Shown here one piece after another: positions 20,261 to 28,563 of a stretch of 62,477 bases of DNA. Origin of the DNA: Bacilli bacterium (lineage in GTDB: Bacteria; Bacillota_I; Bacilli_A; RF39; UBA660); the NCBI GenBank assembly GCA_017441845.1, contig JAFRVB010000001.1, forward strand, positions 1 to 62,477, read 5' to 3'. The position numbers and the translations under genes were made by a program. Under the pieces are notes generated by a model. It had not been told where the DNA came from and did not search any database. It saw nothing but the letters and a program-made list of their open reading frames with translations. The number at the start of each line of letters is the position of its first letter. Within the stretch, counting starts at the first letter, position 1.

Positions 20261-21649
20261 TTAAACAGATCCAATATCTTCTTTTAATTTATCTATAGTT
20301 TTAGCAAGTTCTGGATTAACTTTTATCTCTTTTTCTATCTTTTCTACTGAATGCATTACTGTAGTATGATCTTTACCTCCAAATTCTAATCCAATTTTAG
20401 GAAAAGATTCTTCAGTACAAGTTCTACATAAAAACATAGCAACTTGTCTTGGAAAAGATATATTAGAACTTCTCTTTTTACTTTTAATATCATCAACAGA
20501 TATTTGGAAATATTCTGATACTATTCTTTGAATTCTATGAATCTTATCATTATCCCCAACACCATTATTAACATATTCTGGTAAAGCTTCTATAGCGATA
20601 TCTAAAGTAATCTTCTTATCTTTAGTATTATTTAAGAACATAAATGCATAATAGATAAGTCTATTGATTGCACCTTCAAGTTCTCTAACACTAGGACCTA
20701 TATTAGAAGCCATATAATCGATAACTTCTTCAGGTATAGCATCAATAACACCTTCACCTTTAAGTTTTTTTATTAATATCTGCTTTCTAAGTTCAAAATC
20801 AGGTGGATAAATATTAGCAGTTAATCCCCAACAAAATCTAGTTCGCAATCGATCTTCTAATTTTTTAAAATCATCAGGAGATCTATCAGATGAGATTATT
20901 ATTTGTTTAGAATCATTATGTAGACTATTAAATGTATTAAAGAATTCATTTTGTGTTTTCGCAGCTGTCTCTAAATTTTGTATATCATCTATTATAAGAA
21001 CATCTATATTACGATATTTATTTTTAAAGAAATCTAAATAACTTAAATTAGTACCATCAGATCCTTTTCTCATAATACTCTTATAATCATCTATAAATTG
21101 ATCACAAGTAATATATAAAACTTTTTTATCAGAGTTTTCCACAATATAATTACCAATCGCATGCATTAAATGAGTTTTTCCTAAACCACTATCTCCATAT
21201 AAGAATAGAGGATTGTACATTGTTTTACCAGGATTCTCTGCGATAGATAAAGATGATGCATAAGCTAATTTATTACTATTACCGACAACAAAATTCTCAA
21301 AAGTATATCTGCTATTTAAATTAGAATGAATATACTCTTCACTACTAGTTTCTTTTTCTATCTTTTTCTCTTTTTCTTCCTCTTTTATCTTCTCTTCTTC
21401 AATTTCTTCTTGTAATAAGAATTCCACTTCATAATCATTTCCGGTTATTAAATTTAAATTTTTAGTGATTATGTCCATATATTGGTCTTGTAAGTGTTTT
21501 TTATGAATTGGCATAGGGACTATTACTACAGCTTCTCCATTATCTAATTTATATAGTTTAGTCTCTTCAAACCAGGTATCATAAGAAAGAGAAGATAGTT
21601 CTTCTTTAAGATTAGATAATAATTTGTTCCATACTACATCTACGTTCAA
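20261..21649 (-). CDS. dnaA: Chromosomal replication initiator DnaA
   Basis: YTFENFVVG.SN, YNPLFLYGDSGLGKTHL, LIIDDIQ, RELEGA, GGKDHTTVMH. TTG start. Confidence 0.98.
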   Translation of the reverse strand: MNVDVVWNKLLSNLKEELSSLSYDTWFEETKLYKLDNGEAVVIVPMPIHKKHLQDQYMDIITKNLNLITGNDYEVEFLLQEEIEEEKIKEEEKEKKIEKETSSEEYIHSNLNSRYTFENFVVGNSNKLAYASSLSIAENPGKTMYNPLFLYGDSGLGKTHLMHAIGNYIVENSDKKVLYITCDQFIDDYKSIMRKGSDGTNLSYLDFFKNKYRNIDVLIIDDIQNLETAAKTQNEFFNTFNSLHNDSKQIIISSDRSPDDFKKLEDRLRTRFCWGLTANIYPPDFELRKQILIKKLKGEGVIDAIPEEVIDYMASNIGPSVRELEGAINRLIYYAFMFLNNTKDKKITLDIAIEALPEYVNNGVGDNDKIHRIQRIVSEYFQISVDDIKSKKRSSNISFPRQVAMFLCRTCTEESFPKIGLEFGGKDHTTVMHSVEKIEKEIKVNPELAKTIDKLKEDIGSV

Positions 21650-21737
21650 AGTACCATCTCCCCCGCATAAAGATTTAAAACTTAAAAATACTATAACATA
21701 AAAGTTAAAAAAAAAAACAAAAAATCACAAAAAATTT

Positions 21738-21870
21738 TTATTCACAAAATATCCACAAAATTATCAACAATTCAAAAGTTTGAAAAAAGTAAACAAATTG
21801 AGTTTTCCACAATTTCCACAAATTTTTACTTAACATTGTGAAAAAAGTTATCAACAACCCCTGTGGAAAC
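21738..21870. promoter_or_regulatory. oriC DnaA-box cluster upstream of dnaA
   Basis: TTATTCACA 21738, ATATCCACA 21749, TTATCAACA 21761, TTTTCCACA 21803, ATTTCCACA 21812, TGTGAAAAA 21837, TTATCAACA 21848, TGTGGAAAC 21862. Gene orientation flips here. Confidence 0.88.
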
Positions 21871-21889
21871 TGTTAAAAACAAGAATTCA

Positions 21890-21919
21890 TTGACAAAATA
21901 AAGATTTTAAGATTATAAT
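21890..21919 (+). promoter_or_regulatory. SigmaA promoter of rpmH
   Basis: TTGACA, 18-nt spacer, TATAAT. Confidence 0.8.
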
Positions 21920-21949
21920 AATGTAGATTTGTAACTGGAGGTGGAGTAG

Positions 21950-22072
21950 ATGAAAAGAACATATCAACCAAATAATCGTAAAAAATCAAAAAAGATGGGA
22001 TTTTTTGCACGTAAAAAAACAAATATATTAAACCGTCGTAGACGTAAGGGTCGTAAGAGACTTTGCAAATAA
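21950..22072 (+). CDS. rpmH: 50S ribosomal protein L34 (40 aa, not in ORF track)
   Basis: MKRTYQPNNRKKSKKMGFFARKKTNILNRRRRKGRKRLCK. GGAGGTG RBS, divergent from dnaA. Confidence 0.96.
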   Translation: MKRTYQPNNRKKSKKMGFFARKKTNILNRRRRKGRKRLCK

Positions 22073-22073
22073 T

Positions 22074-22100
22074 ACTACTGCTATAAACAGTGGTTTTTTT
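22074..22100 (+). terminator. Terminator/attenuator between rpmH and rnpA
   Basis: actactg-ctataaa-cagtggt followed by a T-run. Confidence 0.6.
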
Positions 22101-22120
22101 ACTAAAAAGGAGGGGATGAA

Positions 22121-22450
22121 ATGAGGAAATTATATATAGTTAAACATCAATATGATTTTGATAGAATAATCAAATTAAATAATTGTATTAAATCTGATTA
22201 CTTTGTTATCTATCAAGAAAATAATGATTTAAAATATGATTGTTTTGGAATCTCTGTAGGTAAAAAACTAGGTAATGCTGTTTATAGAAACAAAATGAAA
22301 AGAAAAATAAGATCTATAATAGATATTTATAGAAAAGACTATAATAATAAAAAAAATTATATTATAATATTAAGGAAGAAAGGAAAAGATATCTCTTTTG
22401 AAGAATTAAAAGAAGATTTAATTAATCTTTTCTTACAAATAAATAAATAG
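22121..22450 (+). CDS. rnpA: Ribonuclease P protein component
   Basis: FGISVGKKLGNAVYRNKMKRKIR (RNR motif). Confidence 0.93.
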   Translation: MRKLYIVKHQYDFDRIIKLNNCIKSDYFVIYQENNDLKYDCFGISVGKKLGNAVYRNKMKRKIRSIIDIYRKDYNNKKNYIIILRKKGKDISFEELKEDLINLFLQINK

Positions 22451-22463
22451 AAAGGCAAACAGT

Positions 22464-23402
22464 ATGAGTAAAAAGAAACATATAGGATTAAAATTAGTAT
22501 TAGTTTTATCAATTTTTCTCTTATTAACAGGATGTACTACTCAATTAAAAAATGATAAAGGAAAAGTTGTTAAAGATCCAACTACTGGTCAAACTCTAAC
22601 AAAGAATATATTATGTCAGCCAACAGAAAAAACTTCTGTTGATTTATATAATAAGAATAAAGTAAAAGTTGATAAATTACCTAAATGTGAAGATATGAAG
22701 ATTAATTCAGGTCATTATGAAGGTTTATGGAATTCATTCTTCGTTAAACCATTAGCATTTGCTTTAATAAAAATAGGAACAGTAGTTAAGAATTATGCTA
22801 TATCATTAATTATTATTACATTGATAATAAGAATGATTGTTTTCCCATTAACATTAAATATGGCAAGACAGGCAAAAGTAATGAAAGATGCTCAACCAGA
22901 ATTAACAAAACTACAAAAGAAATATGCTGGTAAAGAACAAACACAAGAAAATATGATGAAACAAAATCAAGAAATGATGGCAATTTATAAGAAATATAAT
23001 ATTAATCCAGCTCTAGGATGTATATTTGCTTTTATTCAATTACCATTATTCATAGCCTTTTTTGAAGCTATTCAAAGAACACCAGCAATCTATGAAGACT
23101 CTTTCTTAGGAATGCATCTAGGTACAACAGCATCTGTAGGTTTAAGTAGTGCAACATTCTATTCTTATTTAATATTAGTTATATTAATAGGAGTAACAAC
23201 ATATCTATCATTCAAGATGAATCAAACAGACATGAGCACTAACCCTACAATGAAATATATGCCAATTATGATGACAGTTATGATCATCTTTATGGGATTT
23301 GTAATGCCAGCAGGTTTAGGAATCTATTGGGTTACTTCAAATATATTTACTATAGTTCAAAATGCTATAGTTGGAAGGAGCAAGAAAGATGAACGAGCAT
23401 AA
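22464..23402 (+). CDS. yidC: Membrane protein insertase YidC/SpoIIIJ
   Basis: Lipobox LTGC, IRMIVFPL, QPEL..LQKKY, GC...FIQLP, GLGIYWVTSN.F..VQ. Confidence 0.95.
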   Translation: MSKKKHIGLKLVLVLSIFLLLTGCTTQLKNDKGKVVKDPTTGQTLTKNILCQPTEKTSVDLYNKNKVKVDKLPKCEDMKINSGHYEGLWNSFFVKPLAFALIKIGTVVKNYAISLIIITLIIRMIVFPLTLNMARQAKVMKDAQPELTKLQKKYAGKEQTQENMMKQNQEMMAIYKKYNINPALGCIFAFIQLPLFIAFFEAIQRTPAIYEDSFLGMHLGTTASVGLSSATFYSYLILVILIGVTTYLSFKMNQTDMSTNPTMKYMPIMMTVMIIFMGFVMPAGLGIYWVTSNIFTIVQNAIVGRSKKDERA

Positions 23403-24027
23403 ATATACAGGCAAAACTAAAGAAGAAGCAGTTCAAGCTGCTATAGAAGATCTACAAGAATTAGAAGAAAATCTAATCATAAGAGAATCTTCAGAACAAA
23501 AAGGTGGTTTATTTAAACAAAAGAAAGTAGAAATAACCGTAATAGAAAAAAGAGATGTTAATAAATATATAAAAGATTTTATTATTTCTACAATCAAAGA
23601 GCTAGGATTTACTGCTAACGTTGAAGTAAAAGTAAAAGAAAACGTACCTAATTATACAATCTTTTCTGATAATGATTCATTACTTATTGGTAAGACTGGT
23701 AAAAACTTATCAGCACTTACATTAGTAGTAAGAGAACATATTTCAAAGGTACTAGGAAAACCATATAGATTTGTAATTGATGTTTCTGATTACAAAGAAA
23801 AGAATGATTTAAGATTAGAAAGATTAGCTAGAAAGATTGCTAGAGATGTTAAATTCTCAAAAGTAGAAGCTAAATTAGATCCAATGAATTCTTATGAGAG
23901 AAGAGTAATTCATAATGCTCTAGGTAAGAACAAATATGTTACTACAGAATCTGAAGGAGAAGAACCAAATAGATATGTAGTAATCAAACCAAAAGAGATT
24001 AAAGAAGAAAAAGAAAAAGAAGATTAA
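23389..24027 (+). CDS. jag: Jag/KhpB/EloR RNA-binding protein
   Basis: GKTKEEA (Jag_N), KH domain LIGKTGKNL.AL, R3H domain PMNSYERRVIH. ATG at 23389 follows AAGGAG. Confidence 0.94.
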   Translation: MNEHKYTGKTKEEAVQAAIEDLQELEENLIIRESSEQKGGLFKQKKVEITVIEKRDVNKYIKDFIISTIKELGFTANVEVKVKENVPNYTIFSDNDSLLIGKTGKNLSALTLVVREHISKVLGKPYRFVIDVSDYKEKNDLRLERLARKIARDVKFSKVEAKLDPMNSYERRVIHNALGKNKYVTTESEGEEPNRYVVIKPKEIKEEKEKED

Positions 24028-24045
24028 TTAACAATCTTCTTTTTT
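24017..24045 (+). terminator. Intrinsic terminator after jag
   Basis: aagaagatt-aattaac-aatcttctttttt. Confidence 0.7.
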
Positions 24046-24330
24046 ATTTATAGAAAAAAAGTACTTTAAAAAACATAAGTAAATTAAGGACAAAAACAAG
24101 GTTCTAAAAAAAGTCAAACATTTATTATAAATAAAGTGTAAAATTATGATTAAAAATTGTAAATCGAACAAAAAATATTTTCTCAAGGAAAATGTTTTTT
24201 TATAACACTTTTAGAAAAAGTAGAAAAAATTTTATAAAAAAAAATAAAAAAAGTGCTGTAAAAAACATTTAAAAAAATATCGTTTTGTAGTACGATAAAG
24301 TTGTAAGAGATACAAGAAGGAGAATAGGTT

Positions 24331-26607
24331 ATGGATAAAGATTTTTTTAATGAAATCGTAGTAGTTAAGCGTAGTGGTCAGCGAGTTAATTTCAATGACA
24401 CTAAGATAGCTATAGCGATCAAGAAAGGGTTCGATAGTGTATACGAAGACTATGACGAAAACAAAGTTAATGCCGTAAAAGAAAAAGTTGTTGAAGACAT
24501 AGAAAAAGAATATCAAGATCGTAAGACAATTGGAGTTGAAGATATTCAAGATATAATCGAAAAGAATTTAAAAAAATTACATTATGATGAAGTATACGAA
24601 TCATATAAAGGATATCGTGAGAGAAGATCAGCTTCTCGTGAAGCTTTCGTAGAAAAGCAACAACATAAATTTGTTAAAGCAATTGAATCACTTGGTTTAA
24701 AATCCGCTGCCGAAGAGAATGCCAAGAGAGAAAATGCTAACGTTGATGGAGATGGACCAATGGGTACAATGTTACACTTTGGATCAACTATCTCAAAAGA
24801 ATTTGCTAAAGCTTATTTAATGGATAATAAGTATGCTAGAGCTCATGATGAAGGAGTAATTCATATTCATGACTTAGATTTCTGGGCTATGGGTACAACA
24901 ACATGTACTCAAATAGATATCGATAAATTATTTGAACATGGTTTTTCAACAGGACATGGATATCTAAGAACACCAAATTCAATTGGTTCATATTCAGCAC
25001 TTGCTGCTATCGCAATTCAAGCTAATCAAAATGAACAACACGGTGGACAAAGTATTCCAGCCTTTGATTATTATATGGCTCCAGGAGTATTAAAAACATT
25101 CAGAAAAGAATTTAAACAAGAATTATCAGAATTATTAGATTTTGAGGGAATAAAGAATTTAGTTAATTTTGATAAGATACTTGATATTATTAATAATCTA
25201 AAAAGTATAGAATTTGATTTTAAAATCTTTAAAGATGAAATTAAAGAAAGTAAAAAAGTAGAAGAAATATTCAAAACAGCTTATGAAAATGCCATAACAA
25301 AAACAGATAGAGCAACATTCCAAGCAATGGAAGCTTTTATCCACAATCTAAATACAATGCATTCAAGAGCAGGAGCTCAAGTACCATTTTCATCAGTAAA
25401 CTTTGGTACTGATACATCTCCTGAAGGAAGAATGGTTATTAAAAATTATTTATTAGCTACTGATGAAGGATTAGGACATGGAGAAACTCCAATATTCCCA
25501 ATCTCAATCTTCAAAGTAAAAGAAGGAGTTAATTATAATAAGAAAGATCCTAGTTATGATTTATTCAGACTAGCATGTAAGGTAAGTGCTAAAAGATTAT
25601 TCCCTAATTTCTCATTCTTAGATTCAAGCTTTAATAAAGCTTTCTATGAAAAAGGAAATTTCCAAACAGAAGTAGGGTATATGGGATGTCGTACAAGAGT
25701 GCTTGCTAATGTTTGTGGACCATCAGTAACTCCAGGAAGAGGAAACTTGAGTTTTACTTCAATAAACTTACCAAGAATTGGATTAAAACATGGTATTGCT
25801 CTAGGAGAGAGAAAGAAAGCAGACATGAAAGGTTTCTATGAAGAATTAGATGAAGTTATGGAATTAGTAAAAGGACAATTACTACAAAGATTTGATTGTC
25901 AATGTTCTAAATCAATAGCTAACTTCAAATTCTTATTAGGAGCACATGTTTGGTTAAATAGTGAAAACCTGACACCAACTAGTAGAATTAGAACAGTTCT
26001 AAAACACGGAACTTTATCAATAGGATTCATAGGTTTAGCTGAAACACTAAAATCATTAATAGGTGAACACCATGGAGAAAGTGATGAAGCTCAAAAGTTA
26101 GGTTTAGAAATAGTTAAACATATGAGAGCTAAATGTGATGAATTTACTAAAGAATATAATTTAAACTTCACATGTTTAGCTACACCAGCTGAAGGTTTAT
26201 CTGGAAGATTCGTAGGTATGGATAGATCAATCTATGGAAAGATCAAAGGTATTACTGATAAAGAATACTATACAAATTCATTCCACGTACCTGTTTATTA
26301 TAAGACTTCAGTAAAACACAAATTAGAAATTGAAGGACCATATCATAGTCTAACTAACGCAGGACACATTTCATACGTTGAGTTAGATGGAGATACTGTT
26401 AATAACGTAGATGCTTTCGAGAAAGTAGTAAGAATCATGCATGATAATGATATCGGATATGGCGCAATCAACCATCCAGTAGATAGAGATCCTGTCTGTG
26501 GATTCGTTGGAGTAATTAAAGATGTATGCCCTAAATGTGGAAGAAAAAATGGAGAGGGTATATCAATGGAGAAAATAAACAGTGATGATTATTGCTGTTA
26601 TAAATAA
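24331..26607 (+). CDS. nrdD: Class III (anaerobic) ribonucleotide reductase, large catalytic chain lacking the glycyl-radical loop
   Basis: ATP cone (VVKRSG...FN..KI..AI), HIHDLD, Q.EQHGGQ, GYMGCRT, RGNLSFTSINLPR, ATPAEGL, YYTNSFH. Ends after CPKCG with no R-x-x-G-Y motif. Confidence 0.95.
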   Translation: MDKDFFNEIVVVKRSGQRVNFNDTKIAIAIKKGFDSVYEDYDENKVNAVKEKVVEDIEKEYQDRKTIGVEDIQDIIEKNLKKLHYDEVYESYKGYRERRSASREAFVEKQQHKFVKAIESLGLKSAAEENAKRENANVDGDGPMGTMLHFGSTISKEFAKAYLMDNKYARAHDEGVIHIHDLDFWAMGTTTCTQIDIDKLFEHGFSTGHGYLRTPNSIGSYSALAAIAIQANQNEQHGGQSIPAFDYYMAPGVLKTFRKEFKQELSELLDFEGIKNLVNFDKILDIINNLKSIEFDFKIFKDEIKESKKVEEIFKTAYENAITKTDRATFQAMEAFIHNLNTMHSRAGAQVPFSSVNFGTDTSPEGRMVIKNYLLATDEGLGHGETPIFPISIFKVKEGVNYNKKDPSYDLFRLACKVSAKRLFPNFSFLDSSFNKAFYEKGNFQTEVGYMGCRTRVLANVCGPSVTPGRGNLSFTSINLPRIGLKHGIALGERKKADMKGFYEELDEVMELVKGQLLQRFDCQCSKSIANFKFLLGAHVWLNSENLTPTSRIRTVLKHGTLSIGFIGLAETLKSLIGEHHGESDEAQKLGLEIVKHMRAKCDEFTKEYNLNFTCLATPAEGLSGRFVGMDRSIYGKIKGITDKEYYTNSFHVPVYYKTSVKHKLEIEGPYHSLTNAGHISYVELDGDTVNNVDAFEKVVRIMHDNDIGYGAINHPVDRDPVCGFVGVIKDVCPKCGRKNGEGISMEKINSDDYCCYK

Positions 26608-26636
26608 AAAAGATTTAAGGAAGAGAGGTAAATAAA

Positions 26637-26792
26637 ATGGAAAGAGAAAATAAGAGAACTAAAGTTGTAGGAGAAGGAGTAGAATTCGAAAGAATCAGAA
26701 GAATTACAGGATATTTAGTAGGAACTTTAGATAGATTCAATAATGCTAAGAAAGCAGAAGTTAACGATAGAGTAAAACATGCCACAAAGTAA
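26637..26792 (+). CDS. Stand-alone NrdD glycyl-radical domain peptide (51 aa, not in ORF track)
   Basis: MERENKRTKVVGEGVEFERIRRITGYLVGTLDRFNNAKKAEVNDRVKHATK has its own GAGAGGT RBS. It contains the NrdD C-terminal signature RITGYL...FN.AK.AEV.DRVKH. Confidence 0.92.
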   Translation: MERENKRTKVVGEGVEFERIRRITGYLVGTLDRFNNAKKAEVNDRVKHATK

Positions 26793-27348
26793 GCATACTA
26801 TCAGATTGGCTGCCGACTTGCAATCAGATAGTATCGTAGATGGACCTGGTTTAAGAACAGTAATTTGGACTCAGGGTTGCTCTCATCACTGCCGAGGATG
26901 CCAAAATCCCCAAACTTGGGATTTTGAAGGAGGGGGAGAAGTACCCATTGATATGGTACTTGAAGCCATCGATGAATTAGAATATCAAGATGGTATAACC
27001 TTCAGTGGAGGAGATCCAATGTTTCAACCAGAAGCCTGTACTGAAATAGCTAAATATTGTAAAGAAAAAGGTTATAATATTTGGGTATATACAGGATATA
27101 CTTATGAAGAGTTAATTAAAATGTCTAAAGAAAAACCAATATATAAGAAATTTTTATCTTATATAGATGTATTAGTAGATGGAAAATTTGTCTTAAAGAA
27201 AAAAGATTTAAATACCTTATTTAGAGGATCTACTAATCAGAGACTTATAGACATGCCAAAGACGTTATCTTCAGATGAAATAGTATTATTTGATGAATCT
27301 GAGTACTTGCAAGAAGATAAATTTAAAAGAGAAAAAACATACGTATAA
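26779..27348 (+). CDS. nrdG: Anaerobic RNR activating radical-SAM enzyme
   Basis: DSIVDGPGLR..IWTQGCSHHCRGCQNP.TW (CxxxCxxC), GITFSGGDP, DVLVDG.F, FRGS.NQR. Confidence 0.96.
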   Translation: MPQSKHTIRLAADLQSDSIVDGPGLRTVIWTQGCSHHCRGCQNPQTWDFEGGGEVPIDMVLEAIDELEYQDGITFSGGDPMFQPEACTEIAKYCKEKGYNIWVYTGYTYEELIKMSKEKPIYKKFLSYIDVLVDGKFVLKKKDLNTLFRGSTNQRLIDMPKTLSSDEIVLFDESEYLQEDKFKREKTYV

Positions 27349-27370
27349 GGGTATCGCATGATACTCTTTT
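27347..27370 (+). terminator. Weak terminator between nrdG and FNT gene
   Basis: aagggtatc-gcat-gatactctttt. Confidence 0.5.
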
Positions 27371-27388
27371 AAAGTTAAGAGGTGTATT

Positions 27389-28000
27389 ATGACAAGATAT
27401 ATAGAATTAATAAATAAGAGTGTAGGGGCTGCAATTCTAATAGGTTTAGGAGATTATGCACTATTAAAATTAGGCAATCCACTAGGACCAGTATTATTTA
27501 CTCTAGGATTATTAGGAGTATGTTACATGGGACAAAATCTATTCACAGGTAAATGTGGATTCTTAATAGAAGACAAGATTAAAGGATTAGATCTATTTCT
27601 AATTTTAATAGTTAATCTAATCGCAGGTTATATTTTAGGATTATTATTTTCAATCACAGATAAAGAAGTCTTAACAAACGCAGTAGCAAGAGTAGCTACT
27701 TGGGATTTCACTTTTGCTTACTTCATTAAAGCCGTTATGTGTGGAGTAATCATGTATATAGCGGTACTTATGTATAGAAAAGGAACACCACTAGGTATTA
27801 TCTTTGGTATTCCATTATTCATTTTCTGTGGATTTCAACATAGCATTGCTAACATCATCACATTAGGTGCCGGACAAACTATTCATATAGCTATTATTCT
27901 TGCTATAATTGGTAATTTTGTAGGTTCATTACTAATGTGGTATTTCTCAAAAGATATTCCTGAAAAAAAGATAAGAAAAAGAAGAAAAAAGATGTTATAA
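27389..28000 (+). CDS. Formate/nitrite transporter (FNT) family channel
   Basis: Hydrophobic throughout, with LFTG, KAVMCG, FIFCGFQHSIAN and GNFVG signatures. Confidence 0.85.
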   Translation: MTRYIELINKSVGAAILIGLGDYALLKLGNPLGPVLFTLGLLGVCYMGQNLFTGKCGFLIEDKIKGLDLFLILIVNLIAGYILGLLFSITDKEVLTNAVARVATWDFTFAYFIKAVMCGVIMYIAVLMYRKGTPLGIIFGIPLFIFCGFQHSIANIITLGAGQTIHIAIILAIIGNFVGSLLMWYFSKDIPEKKIRKRRKKML

Positions 28001-28018
28001 TAAACTTAAGGTGATGAT

Positions 28019-28492
28019 ATGAAAAGAAAAATATTTATTGGATTTCTAGTTGTACTAGCAATCGCACTTATAGTTTTTATAATATTTTTATTAACAAGAC
28101 CAGAAGAAATGAAAGATATCAAATATTATGAAAAACAAACACATCAATACTATGATAATAAAGGTTTTGCTGATAATACTTTCTTAATTGATTCAGAAAA
28201 AGAATACAACATCTTTAAAAAACAGTATGATACCCCAATAGATGAAAAAGTTAATTTTGAAAAAGACCTATTATTTATTCAAGTTAAACCAGCTTCATCA
28301 GGAAGTATCATGATGAAATTAAAGAAAGTAGTAATCAAAAAAGATCAAATTGTATTCCAAATTAAAGAAAAAACACCTAAGAAAGTAACAGATGATATAG
28401 CTTTCTGGTACTTTGTTGCTGTTATCCCAAGAGATAAGGCAGCACAATATGATTTATCTAATTGGCATAAAATTTCAAAAGTAAAAAAATAA
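28019..28492 (+). CDS. Membrane-anchored protein, PrcB C-terminal-like domain
   Basis: N-terminal TM helix. The segment P.SSGSI..KL..V...P...TD.IA.WYFV..IP resembles PrcB_C. Confidence 0.45.
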   Translation: MKRKIFIGFLVVLAIALIVFIIFLLTRPEEMKDIKYYEKQTHQYYDNKGFADNTFLIDSEKEYNIFKKQYDTPIDEKVNFEKDLLFIQVKPASSGSIMMKLKKVVIKKDQIVFQIKEKTPKKVTDDIAFWYFVAVIPRDKAAQYDLSNWHKISKVKK

Positions 28493-28516
28493 GAAATCTT
28501 TAAAGATTTCTTTTTT
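28491..28516 (+). terminator. Intrinsic terminator
   Basis: aagaaatct-ttaa-agatttctttttt. Confidence 0.7.
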
Positions 28517-28563
28517 ATTTAAAAAAAGATAGTATAATAAGATTATAGGTAAGGAGGATAATT

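Noticed and set aside
24046-24330. NrdR or Rex boxes upstream of nrdD
   Set aside because: The region is A-tract rich and I found no convincing match. TTGT-N7-ACAA near 24157 has the wrong spacing for Rex.
26605-26637. nrdD as a frameshifted pseudogene, sequencing error or intron-split gene
   Set aside because: Stops block both relevant frames (26605 and 26616), the downstream piece has its own RBS and ATG, and the 29-nt gap is too short for an intron.
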